From Candidatus Poribacteria bacterium (lineage in GTDB: Bacteria > Poribacteria > WGA-4E > WGA-3G): DNA of 64,000 bases. Both the position numbers and the translations under genes were made by a program. How positions within the stretch are numbered: the stretch's first letter is position 1; every line of letters begins with the position of its first letter. This document shows positions 17,694 to 27,315 of this stretch, piece after piece. The notes below the pieces were generated by a model. It had not been told where the DNA came from, did no database searches, and saw only the letters and a list, made by a program, of their open reading frames with translations. The stretch spans positions 157,805-221,804 of the forward strand of contig JAAXGN010000108.1 of the NCBI GenBank assembly GCA_012267415.1. The letters are read 5' to 3'.

Positions 17694-20030
17694 CTATTCT
17701 TGCGTTTTGTGTGCCGACCATTGACACCTATCTATCCAATATCGCGCAGAGAGTTTTGTTCCTTTATGTAGGGCAGCATTATCCGCTATCTCTGCAAATA
17801 TAGCCGCAGCAGTCGCGTAATTTTTCTGATAGAAATAACTCATTCCTAACAACCATTGGGTCCTAAATAATAGTTCAGGATGTATCTTTGGGGCATCCGT
17901 AACTCGATTGAGTTCCAATACCTTTTTCAGATAACGTATACTTAAATCCCATGACTCTTCTTTATACAGTAACTCACCAATTAAGTAATATGCTAACCAT
18001 TCTTCAGGTTCTTCATCAATTATCTGATGAAGCAGTGCCATCTTGGTAGCACTTCCTACCTGTCCGTCCGAACTGACAAAAATTAGAACATCTCTTAACA
18101 GGTCTTGTGTTTCTTTGGTGTAGCGACTGTTCAATGATTCAATGCGACATAGTATCCTGCGTAGGGTCGAATCTCTTGGTGCATAAGATGTGGCATCTTC
18201 ATATAGAATCAGTGCTTCGTTTACATTGCCATTCAACCATTTTATATCTCCTAAGAGTAATGAAACTTCGGCTTTATAGGATGAACCCTGCCTCTCCATA
18301 ATCTGTCTTGCATACAATTCCGAGAGATCATAATCTTTCGCTTGAAATGTACTATACATCAGTCCTCGCAATGTCAGTGGATTGTCAGGTTCATGGGAGA
18401 GCATTGATTTGAATGTTGTAACCGCAGAGCTGTAATCTTTTCTGTAATATGCGTTCCATGCCTTTTCTCGTAATGAAGCCATCTCGTGTGCACACACTTG
18501 TTCAAATATTCCGCCACGTCTCAGCCGCCGTTCTGCATACGTCTTTTCTTTTTCTGTCAACAGGACTGTAGCTGATAAATGATTTACCCATTCTTGCTCT
18601 AATTCGGCTAAATCCTTCCCATATACCTTAGCTAAATTCCCAGTTGGAAAGGCATCCTTTAACATGTTGATACCGTATTCATCAACGAGATAACGTATGA
18701 ATGAACCAGCCAGCAGGTAGCTCCGTGATCCTGCATGCCTCCAAAAACCTAACCCGATTACACTGGATAGAGATGGCGCGACGTTGAGTTCACGCATCGC
18801 TTTTGCCCATTGGTGAACTGTGAGTTTTCCTTCATCCCAATCTGCTGCAACTGCAATACCCTCGTGAATACCTACTTTTAGACTTACTTTCCAGGGGGCC
18901 CAATCGGCTGTGAAGACGTGAGCAAGTTCATGTTTTAGGACAGGATGTGGGAAACCTTGCACATGTAAATGAAATCCGTACCCAAACGGGTCTTCAACAT
19001 AAGTATTTCCAGCACCTATCAGCCGTTTCTTCTGTTCAGGTGAAGAATATAGATAGGCTCGAACTTTTCTTGAAATGTTAGACTGCATGTATACAGACAA
19101 CTGTGAATACTGAAACTCACAATCATCAGCGAATAGGTCTATATCTTCTTCAAGGTCTTGTGAATAGTATATCTTAAAATGCGTGGTTTCTCTAAATCCA
19201 CCTAATGCTTGTTCTATATCACTACGTGATGGACGGATGCCTATTTTCCCAGCGAATACTTCAAGGCAGATAATAGATGTGAATAAGAGACACACGACAG
19301 CAATGTTCCAAACTGATCTCCTATATTTCAGAACGTTCAGTTTTCTCCAATTGAGTTTTGGTGTAAAACCGGTCTCTCTCCCGATTTCACACGTCATGAT
19401 GGAGACGGATGTAAACAAAAAAGCCAATACTAACGTTTCAGTTCTTGAATATATCAACACATCTGTAATGGAGATGACAAAATCATAAATCGGACCTGGG
19501 AAATAACCGAGAATTGGATGATAGGCAAATACTGGTGGGTGAAAAATCAGATTAGTGATAACAGGAATTAACGACAATAACAGAACAACTATGTATGAGA
19601 GATAAGAGAGCCATCTTTTTTCTATCAATAGACCGAAAAAAACACCCGCAGCTGTTATGGCTAAACAACTTAACACGGGTAAAATAAGATAGAAAAGAAG
19701 ACCTTCACTGTAATCACAGTTTTTTACTCGCAACGAGTTTAGCAGTATGATAACTAAGGGGACAATTAGGAGAATAATATTTGCAAATAGAGAACGGATG
19801 AGACAATCAAAAACGACTCGTTTCGGTGAACCCGACATTAATTCCGGTTTTTTCTTCAGAACCTGAATTTCAGTTATAGCAACATGTGCTGCAGCAAATG
19901 AAATACATAAGGTAACGATAGCACAGAACTCATATCCCAGGATATTGAACAAGGGAATTGTCGTAAGAATGCATGATACACAGACAAAACCAGCGAACCA
20001 AAGCCAGTATGAAACAGTTTTAAAAATCAT
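17694..20030 (-). CDS. Polytopic membrane protein with a gluzincin-like HExxH...E zinc-metalloprotease motif and C-terminal TPR repeats.
   Basis: About 8 N-terminal transmembrane segments. The motif reads LKHELAHVFTADWAPWKVSLKVGIHEG (HEXXH-X18-E). The C-terminal ~300 aa are TPR-like (WNAYYRKDYSSAVTTFKSML..., LLGMSYFYQKNYATAAAIFAEIAD). Confidence 0.5.
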   Translation of the reverse strand: MIFKTVSYWLWFAGFVCVSCILTTIPLFNILGYEFCAIVTLCISFAAAHVAITEIQVLKKKPELMSGSPKRVVFDCLIRSLFANIILLIVPLVIILLNSLRVKNCDYSEGLLFYLILPVLSCLAITAAGVFFGLLIEKRWLSYLSYIVVLLLSLIPVITNLIFHPPVFAYHPILGYFPGPIYDFVISITDVLIYSRTETLVLAFLFTSVSIMTCEIGRETGFTPKLNWRKLNVLKYRRSVWNIAVVCLLFTSIICLEVFAGKIGIRPSRSDIEQALGGFRETTHFKIYYSQDLEEDIDLFADDCEFQYSQLSVYMQSNISRKVRAYLYSSPEQKKRLIGAGNTYVEDPFGYGFHLHVQGFPHPVLKHELAHVFTADWAPWKVSLKVGIHEGIAVAADWDEGKLTVHQWAKAMRELNVAPSLSSVIGLGFWRHAGSRSYLLAGSFIRYLVDEYGINMLKDAFPTGNLAKVYGKDLAELEQEWVNHLSATVLLTEKEKTYAERRLRRGGIFEQVCAHEMASLREKAWNAYYRKDYSSAVTTFKSMLSHEPDNPLTLRGLMYSTFQAKDYDLSELYARQIMERQGSSYKAEVSLLLGDIKWLNGNVNEALILYEDATSYAPRDSTLRRILCRIESLNSRYTKETQDLLRDVLIFVSSDGQVGSATKMALLHQIIDEEPEEWLAYYLIGELLYKEESWDLSIRYLKKVLELNRVTDAPKIHPELLFRTQWLLGMSYFYQKNYATAAAIFAEIADNAALHKGTKLSARYWIDRCQWSAHKTQE

Positions 20031-20055
20031 ATTTGATAATTAAGGAGTAATCCAG

Positions 20056-20536
20056 ATGAAAATTATTTACAGAATCTCATTAACCCTATTTCTACTTTCA
20101 TTCGCAATTTTTCTGCACGGTTGCGAAGAATCGAGGTCTGGCGGTAGCGGCACCATTGACCTCGCTCGCGGTGAACCAAAAATTGCTGATTCAGTTCTCG
20201 CAATATCAGTCTTTGAGGATAGACCAGAAGGTATTACAGATACATTCGACCCCGAACTGGATAAACAGGTCTATTATCTGGATGCTATGGGAAAACATTG
20301 ATAAAACCCACAATGTTAGGGTTGATTGGTATTCTCCAGCAGAGGATGATGATGATCCTCCGTTTTGGAGTGAAGAAAAACGTATCACCTCAACCACGGG
20401 TGAAAAAATAACATGGTTCTATATTGATGCACCAGAAGGAGGACTAAGTCTCAATCGATTTACCTCAGGTTATTGGACTGTGGAAGTCTTCCTTGATGAT
20501 CTCTTTGAACGTAGTCATTTTTTCTATATGGAATAA
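20056..20536 (+). pseudogene. Lipoprotein gene split by an apparent +1 frameshift near 20285-20300 (two overlapping ORFs, 20056-20301 and 20156-20536).
   Basis: ORF1 has a lipobox (FLHGCEE) and ends ...QVYYLDAMGKH*. ORF2 in the +1 frame continues WMLWENIDKTHNVRVDWYSP...FLDDLFERSHFFYME. Neither ORF looks complete on its own. Confidence 0.4.
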
Positions 20537-20553
20537 TACGCGATCATTTTATA

Positions 20554-21450
20554 CTATCGTAATTCTTCACCAACAATTAGATGGTATGCCTCGCGATATT
20601 TCTCACTCGTCTTTTCAATTACGGTATCAGGTAATTCTGGTGCAGGGGGTTGCTTATTCCATCCAATTTCTGACAAGTAATCTCTAACGAATTGTTTGTC
20701 AAAACTCTGTTGGGGTCTACCCGGTTCATATTGGTCTGCTGGCCAAAATCGCGAAGAATCTGGCGTAAACACTTCATCAATGAGAATTACCTTACCATCC
20801 CGCTGGCCAAATTCAAACTTTGTATCACAAAGGATGATACCGGATTGTTCAGCATGATGACTTGCTTTATTAAACAGCGCAAAACTGATTTCTATCAGAT
20901 TGTCTGTCAGTTCTGATCCAATCTGGTCACGCATTTCATCAATCGTAATGGGTTCATCATGTTCGCCTTGTTCTGCTTTTGTCGTCGGTGTAAAAAGCAG
21001 TTCAGGTAACCTATCTGATTCCCTTAAACCTGCTGGCAGTTTCTGTCCACAGATCTCGCCAGTTTTCTGATATGAGGACCACCCAGAACCCGCAAGGTAA
21101 CCTCGGACAACACATTCTACATCAACTCTTTTCGCCTTCTTAACGAGCATAGACCGTCCAGCTAACATGTCAATATCCGGTTGTAGAGCATCTGGATACT
21201 CATCAACGTGTGTCGTGATAACATGATTCTCAACCACTGATTCTGTGTATTCGAACCAGAATTCAGAAAGACCGGTCAACACTTTACCTTTATCTGGTAT
21301 ACCATTTGGCAGGACGACATCAAACGCAGAAATACGATCAGTAGAAATGATCAGAAATTCATCACCAAGATCATATAGGTCACGAACTTTTCCGTTATGT
21401 GAAGGCGTTAAGTTGGTTAATTTTGTTGAAGTGATTACATTGTTTGACAT
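20554..21450 (-). CDS. purC: Phosphoribosylaminoimidazole-succinocarboxamide synthase (SAICAR synthetase).
   Basis: NGKVRDLYDLGDEFLIISTDRISAFDVVLPNGIPDKGKVLTGLSEFWFE is a canonical PurC N-terminus. 298 aa. Confidence 0.9.
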   Translation of the reverse strand: MSNNVITSTKLTNLTPSHNGKVRDLYDLGDEFLIISTDRISAFDVVLPNGIPDKGKVLTGLSEFWFEYTESVVENHVITTHVDEYPDALQPDIDMLAGRSMLVKKAKRVDVECVVRGYLAGSGWSSYQKTGEICGQKLPAGLRESDRLPELLFTPTTKAEQGEHDEPITIDEMRDQIGSELTDNLIEISFALFNKASHHAEQSGIILCDTKFEFGQRDGKVILIDEVFTPDSSRFWPADQYEPGRPQQSFDKQFVRDYLSEIGWNKQPPAPELPDTVIEKTSEKYREAYHLIVGEELR

Positions 21451-21459
21451 AAAACGCTC

Positions 21460-22107
21460 CTAATGATTTTTTATAAGTCTTTGAAGTAAAATTGCTGTCT
21501 TATTTTCCTTATCGAGTCTCAATACATGTTCAATTTCTTGATTCGCTTTCTGTATATCTCCGAGATAAAAGTAACAACATGCTTTTAACGCATAGAGATC
21601 TGATTCAGCATTATAGTCGTGCCTATATAGAAACTGTTTCTCACCTTGCAGCGCATTATCTATTGCTAACAAGGCAGACTCAAAGTCAGTTCTGTCCTTT
21701 TGCCTTAAATATAGTACATTCGCAAGTCCAACCCATGCATCTCCGTTTGACGCATCAATTCTGATAGCAGTTTGAAAAGCCTCTTGAGCAAGCGACAAAG
21801 GCAGTCCAAGACTTAAATTACTCCACCCAACACCGTTATGTGCATCTGCTAACTCAGGGTTTGCATTCAATGCACGTTCGAAGTTCAGTATTGCTTGTGT
21901 GAAATCACCTGAATCATAAGCATTCCATCCTTCCATAAGGTGGTTAGATGGAGTGGATACTTCAACGTTGGTATCGTTAGAACAGCTTATGTGAGGTAGT
22001 GATGCGACAATGATAAGAAAGAGGATTGGAAATGAGCAAATTGCATTTTTCATGGATATTAATGTCATCGCATGGAAATTGTGGATGCTGTTTATGCTGT
22101 AGCACAA
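21460..22107 (-). CDS. TPR-repeat lipoprotein.
   Basis: Signal peptide plus lipobox (LPHISCSND). It has three or more TPR-like units (WNAYDSGDFTQAILNFERALNANPELADAHNGVGWS...). Confidence 0.6.
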   Translation of the reverse strand: MCYSINSIHNFHAMTLISMKNAICSFPILFLIIVASLPHISCSNDTNVEVSTPSNHLMEGWNAYDSGDFTQAILNFERALNANPELADAHNGVGWSNLSLGLPLSLAQEAFQTAIRIDASNGDAWVGLANVLYLRQKDRTDFESALLAIDNALQGEKQFLYRHDYNAESDLYALKACCYFYLGDIQKANQEIEHVLRLDKENKTAILLQRLIKNH

Positions 22108-22198
22108 ACTTTTAGTTTGTGCAGTCGTGTACGCAAACTAAAAGTTTGCGCTACAATTGTGTGCAAGTAATTATAGATTTCACTATAAAGTGATTCTT

Positions 22199-25100
22199 CT
22201 ATTCAGATTTCAGTGATGATAACAAAGGCAATCTGAGTGAAAAGAAGACTGCTATTGCATTAGCAATTATACCAAAACCAAATATCAAAAACAATGTAAT
22301 TATCAATGAACCCCACGGAAGCGAGGGGGAACTATCTTGGGAAAAAATTGCCCCCGAAAGACCGGCTACAACACCGATGAACATGCCAATGAATAATAGA
22401 AAACTGCTTTCAAGGAATAACATCCGAGAGAGGAGTTCTCGTTTAAAACCGATCGCGCGTAACGTGGCTAACTCACCTCTACGTTCCATAATGTTCCTGA
22501 CAAGCACTAACGCGAGTCCAAAAGTACCTAATAGTACACCCAATCCGCCAAGACTCTGAAATGTAGCGATGTATGTATTCTGCACAGAACGAAAATTTGC
22601 CAACCGCTGTGATGCAGAGGTGACATCAAATCCATAATCCTCCAGCGTTTTTTCCAGTATTTGTGATGTCTTCTCCTGCAAATAAGCAGGTGTTTTGATA
22701 AGGAAAAACTGATAACCACTCTGAATTGGAAAAGCCTTCTTAAAATCCGATTCTGAGATGATTAACTGACTCTGAAACAGGCTATTGCTTATTGTATCAA
22801 GCCTTAGACGTAGGTTTTTCCCAGCTTCATCATGAATTACAAAGTCATCTTTTGGGTTGTGGTGTAGTATCCAACGGAGTGAATTCTCATCACCTACTGC
22901 TGGGATATAGGTAGGAGTGGTCTCGGAAGCGCGACCTAAAGCTGATAAATTATCCCATTTCTCAACGGCAACTATCGTATCCGGTGCACCTAAAATCTGT
23001 GGTTTCTCTGGTTTGTATAGATTGAGACAACTCACATCTTCCCCCGGCAGCACTCTAAAGGGATATAGGACAGACTCTGACAGTACTTCAGCATCTTCAT
23101 CGCTAAAACCGAGTTCAAATCGTCCATCGGAAGAATTTAGGTTATGGTGTAAGGGTAATGCGGATTCGGCAACATAAGCATATTCACTCACAGGTGCTGT
23201 GTCTTGTCTGTTCGCGCCAACAGCGACAATTATACAACAGGCTAAACTAATGGTTAGAACACACGTTTTGCTCCGGGATGGTTGCCTTGCAGTATTCTTT
23301 AAGGCAAATCGAATTCTACTCAACTGAGATGAGACACTTTGGTATTTTAACCATGTATCAAAGTGATACCAACCGATTGAAAGCACTATAATTGTAATCA
23401 GAAAGAACGCAAACACGGGTTGGTTGGCAAAATTATTGATTGCCTCTGTTAACTTGCTGGAGAATGGCAGGATATTCAGTAAGATCCCTATAAAAACAAA
23501 TAAACTATATACTATTACGTACGGTATTAGATTCTTGAAGAAGTTCGACAAACTATCTCCCACGGCTCTAATTTGGTGGAAACGTATAAAAAAGATGAGC
23601 AATGCACCTATGATCAAAACCATGATGAGACTCCACCAATCGCCTGTGAATATCATGCCTCTTTCCACAATACCGACAGAGATGGCGATTAGACCTAAAA
23701 ACAGTAAGGTCATTTTCTTACCTAAAATTCTCTTCTTGCTCTGCTCTGGTGTTATTGCGGTATCTCCAAAGTCTGTTTTTCCTGCAAGTAAGGATACTGT
23801 TGAAATCTTACCCAATCTTCCTACTGTTCTATATATTGAGAACATGACCACGACAAAAGATATGAATGTGCCTATGAGTAAACTCAAAATGCTGATATGA
23901 ATCTGAATGAAAGGTGTACCGATAGCTGGTAACCACCATGTTTCCAAGCCATAGATCATTAATCCTGCGTAACCTATAGCAAGGAGACATCCTAAGATAC
24001 TTCCAACGCATGTAACAATCACGCCTTCATATAGGAATCTTCTGCGGATATTAGCAACTGGGTATCCAACTGCCTGAAAAATACCAATCTCTCGTGATCT
24101 CTGTTCTACACCTAATCGGAAAACCATGCCTACCAACAACGCAACTGCTATGATGATAAACCCACTCATACTGCTAAACAGCATCCCAAAGTCAGATGAA
24201 CCTTTAGCTGATTTTAGTCCTTCTGAACGAAGGGATATTGTCTGAAAACCGAGCTGGTCAGGACGAATAGCCTTCAATAACTCGGATACAAAGAGATCTT
24301 TTGTAGCTTTGATATCTTTTCCGGGAGCAGATGCCATCCTTATTGTCGTCAGATCACCAAATCTATTCCTCCATAGTTTCTTTCCTAATTCTAACGGAAT
24401 AAATGCTTTTGGGGCAGATTTATAGTCATCCCAATAGACTTCATCTTTAGGACGAATTAGACCATTATCAAATGGGAAAGGCGGATCCCAATCATGTATG
24501 TCGTTGGATGCACTGACACCGGGGAATTCTGGAATTATGTCGGTATCAGCTGCGATACTCTCAATCGGTACTATTCCTTTCAAGAGAAAGTGCGTTGCTT
24601 CTGTAATGTATGCATCGTTAGTATCTATGCTGAAGTATTTGACCTCTATTCTATCCCCCACGCTTACATCAAGATCATCCGCTGCCCAATCATTAAGATA
24701 TATTTCATGCACCTCAATTGGTTCATCTAATTCGGATAATCTTTTTTTTATGTCTGCATACGTCCTCTGATCAATCTCAGTCGTATTAGAACTGAATAAC
24801 TCAGCAAATAGACCTTCCTCAACCGGTAATGCCAAGATTGTTGAATAAGGAATTGATTTTGACATAATTGATTGATCATCAGAAGTTCTGTATGCATCAA
24901 TGCTATTGGCAAGATATGTGAGTGTTGGAAAGACAGGAATGTTGTTCTTTGATGCAACTGTAAGGGCTGCTTCTGATAGAATAGGTTTTACTAAGAACTG
25001 ATCACTCTGTAAATCAAAATAATCGTCATGTTCGGACAGATATATACCGAGCTCATCAAGTGTAAGTTTTATGTTATTGTGTGATATTGGATGCTCATCT

Positions 25101-25792
25101 GACGTAAAAAGCACATTCACACCGTCTGGCTGCATGAGTGCTTTTTGCAGTACTGGTAGTGCAATGTATGCATTCATTGGTAGACTTTGGCTTGCCTGCA
25201 GATTAAATCTACCCGCATTCTCAGTAGGGATAATCTCACTGATTACCAACCGCAGACGTTTAATGGATTCTGCTGCATCGCGTTCACCAAGAAGAAATTC
25301 AGGATGAATCTCATAAGACTGCGGCAAACTAACAAGTATAGAATCTCCAATTTTTACATTGAGCTCTTTTTGCAGTGAAGAATTGATTGCGACATTAGGA
25401 AAAGGACTCTGGACCTGACTATCCAATGTTGGAATGATGTTTTCTTCCCAGAAACCGAAAAAATCATCTTGCACACCGTAAATGTTTACCTTAGATGCGC
25501 GACTATCTGAACCAACCGCCGAGACAGAACCGTTGAGGATTATTGCAGGAACGCTGTTCTGATGATCAACAATTTCTGGACTGAAAAAGTGTTCGGCAAT
25601 GAGTGCCTGTTGGATAGAGCCGAGTCGTTCTAAGGTAACATTTCGCAGACTGCCACGCATTGAGTCACCGACAATCAAGGCACCAGCAAGCACCCCGGTA
25701 GCAACAGCAGTACACAAGGCAACTGTCAAATGTACCCGCCAATAGTATCTGAATGTAGTCCAAAGAGTCCGCATAGTGTTCTGTCCAATCAA
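22199..25792 (-). CDS. Very large ABC transporter permease of the FtsX/MacB type, with two FtsX domains and large extracytoplasmic domains.
   Basis: 1197 aa. It has two four-helix FtsX-like transmembrane bundles (around 530-700 and the C-terminal ~120 aa). The LolD/MacB-type ATPase gene lies immediately upstream in the operon. Confidence 0.75.
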   Translation of the reverse strand: MIGQNTMRTLWTTFRYYWRVHLTVALCTAVATGVLAGALIVGDSMRGSLRNVTLERLGSIQQALIAEHFFSPEIVDHQNSVPAIILNGSVSAVGSDSRASKVNIYGVQDDFFGFWEENIIPTLDSQVQSPFPNVAINSSLQKELNVKIGDSILVSLPQSYEIHPEFLLGERDAAESIKRLRLVISEIIPTENAGRFNLQASQSLPMNAYIALPVLQKALMQPDGVNVLFTSDEHPISHNNIKLTLDELGIYLSEHDDYFDLQSDQFLVKPILSEAALTVASKNNIPVFPTLTYLANSIDAYRTSDDQSIMSKSIPYSTILALPVEEGLFAELFSSNTTEIDQRTYADIKKRLSELDEPIEVHEIYLNDWAADDLDVSVGDRIEVKYFSIDTNDAYITEATHFLLKGIVPIESIAADTDIIPEFPGVSASNDIHDWDPPFPFDNGLIRPKDEVYWDDYKSAPKAFIPLELGKKLWRNRFGDLTTIRMASAPGKDIKATKDLFVSELLKAIRPDQLGFQTISLRSEGLKSAKGSSDFGMLFSSMSGFIIIAVALLVGMVFRLGVEQRSREIGIFQAVGYPVANIRRRFLYEGVIVTCVGSILGCLLAIGYAGLMIYGLETWWLPAIGTPFIQIHISILSLLIGTFISFVVVMFSIYRTVGRLGKISTVSLLAGKTDFGDTAITPEQSKKRILGKKMTLLFLGLIAISVGIVERGMIFTGDWWSLIMVLIIGALLIFFIRFHQIRAVGDSLSNFFKNLIPYVIVYSLFVFIGILLNILPFSSKLTEAINNFANQPVFAFFLITIIVLSIGWYHFDTWLKYQSVSSQLSRIRFALKNTARQPSRSKTCVLTISLACCIIVAVGANRQDTAPVSEYAYVAESALPLHHNLNSSDGRFELGFSDEDAEVLSESVLYPFRVLPGEDVSCLNLYKPEKPQILGAPDTIVAVEKWDNLSALGRASETTPTYIPAVGDENSLRWILHHNPKDDFVIHDEAGKNLRLRLDTISNSLFQSQLIISESDFKKAFPIQSGYQFFLIKTPAYLQEKTSQILEKTLEDYGFDVTSASQRLANFRSVQNTYIATFQSLGGLGVLLGTFGLALVLVRNIMERRGELATLRAIGFKRELLSRMLFLESSFLLFIGMFIGVVAGLSGAIFSQDSSPSLPWGSLIITLFLIFGFGIIANAIAVFFSLRLPLLSSLKSE

Positions 25793-25970
25793 AAAATGGG
25801 GTACCCCCGTTTGTAGTAGGGCAATTCATTGCCCGTTTCTGCAGGAGAACGGGCAATGAATTGCCCTTGGTGAACGCGCGTTTGGCATTCACATTAAACG
25901 AATTCACATGTAATTCAAAGGTAGACACTCTAATAGTTTTTCCAATCAGAAACAAGTCAGTTACTGTTTA

Positions 25971-26690
25971 TTACTTGTCAGTTGTGATTGCTGAACATAC
26001 GCCATCCCGTAAATCCAGACGATGCTCAAACCGTGAAGCCAACTCAAGATTGTGTGTTACAACGATTAAGATATTCTTTTGCATGTAATGGAGTTCAAAA
26101 AGCAGATCCACGATAGCTGCTGTCGTGTTCGTATCAAGGTTTCCTGTGGGTTCATCACAGAGAAGAATACTCGGACGGTTTATGAGAGCGCGTGCAATAG
26201 CAACCCTTTGACGTTCTCCACCAGAAAGTTCGGCTGGACGATGTAATATACGCTCAATTAAACCAACCCGCAGGATCAACCTTTTGGCTTCTTCTGATGT
26301 ATCCGGATCATTATTGTTGAAGGCAAGGGTAGGAATGAGAACATTTTCCAAAACAGAATACTGAGGAAGAAGATGGTGATCTTGGAAAACGAAACCGATG
26401 ACATCATTACGGAACTGTGCTAACTCAGGCTCAGATAGCGAAAATGGGTTAGTGCCATTAATTTCTACACTACCAGACGTCGGTTCTTCTAACGTACCTA
26501 TTACATGAAGGAGTGTACTTTTACCAGAACCTGAAGGTCCTGTAATGGCAACTGATGAACCTTTCTCAAATCCAAAAGATACATCTCTTAGGACTTGTAA
26601 AGAGCCAAAATCTTTGGACAAATTCGTTACATTAAGATGTTTGGGTATTTCTTCGGAATCTTTCATATTTTCGTGCAGCTCATCTACCAA
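25971..26690 (-). CDS. ABC transporter ATP-binding protein (LolD/MacB ATPase type).
   Basis: GPSGSGKSTLLHVIG (Walker A), LSGGERQRVAIARAL (ABC signature) and ILLCDEPTGNLD (Walker B). Confidence 0.9.
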   Translation of the reverse strand: MVDELHENMKDSEEIPKHLNVTNLSKDFGSLQVLRDVSFGFEKGSSVAITGPSGSGKSTLLHVIGTLEEPTSGSVEINGTNPFSLSEPELAQFRNDVIGFVFQDHHLLPQYSVLENVLIPTLAFNNNDPDTSEEAKRLILRVGLIERILHRPAELSGGERQRVAIARALINRPSILLCDEPTGNLDTNTTAAIVDLLFELHYMQKNILIVVTHNLELASRFEHRLDLRDGVCSAITTDK

Positions 26691-26716
26691 GGTCCAGCAA
26701 CTCCCGTCTATCTTTT

Positions 26717-27127
26717 CTAAATTGATATTTTTGCTGCAAGAAAATCGGGTATGGGAATTGCTTGAAGTTTCTCACCTGGATTCGCTATACAACAGACTGT
26801 TGTCAACTCTCCCCGTGCAACATCAACGCCATCAAGCGTAAAATGAAATTGATATGTTAACGATTTTGATCCTTTATTTGACACCCAGAGTCTAATGTCT
26901 ACCTCATCCTCAAATCTGAGTGGATGCAAATACTCACAAGATGCAGTGACGCGAGGCCAACCAATTTTATTACCTGCCCACTCTGTCACAACACTGGTAC
27001 CTAAACTACGAAGAAACTCATGCTCTGCAGTCTCCATAAAAATAAAGAACCTTGTAAAGTGAACAATACCTGCCATATCCGTATCGGCAAATTCTATTTT
27101 CCTTTTAGTTTTGAACTCAGTACGCAT
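26717..27127 (-). CDS. Acyl-CoA thioesterase, 4HBT/YbgC hotdog fold.
   Basis: IEFADTDMAGIVHFTRFFIFMETAEHEFLRSLG is the typical YbgC-family N-terminus. 136 aa. Confidence 0.75.
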   Translation of the reverse strand: MRTEFKTKRKIEFADTDMAGIVHFTRFFIFMETAEHEFLRSLGTSVVTEWAGNKIGWPRVTASCEYLHPLRFEDEVDIRLWVSNKGSKSLTYQFHFTLDGVDVARGELTTVCCIANPGEKLQAIPIPDFLAAKISI

Positions 27128-27315
27128 TTCTGGACCCTGATTTACAGGATTGACTAGTGTTCTGTCAAGTTTATATTTAAGGGTAAATGTCGCGATTCGG
27201 AGATCGCTCCTACAGAAAAGGCTTGTCTTGTAGGCGGTGAATGCCTAAATGGCATTCATACCGTTGATTTGATCTCCGAATCGCGACCTACAATACTTTG
27301 TTGACTAAGCACTAG

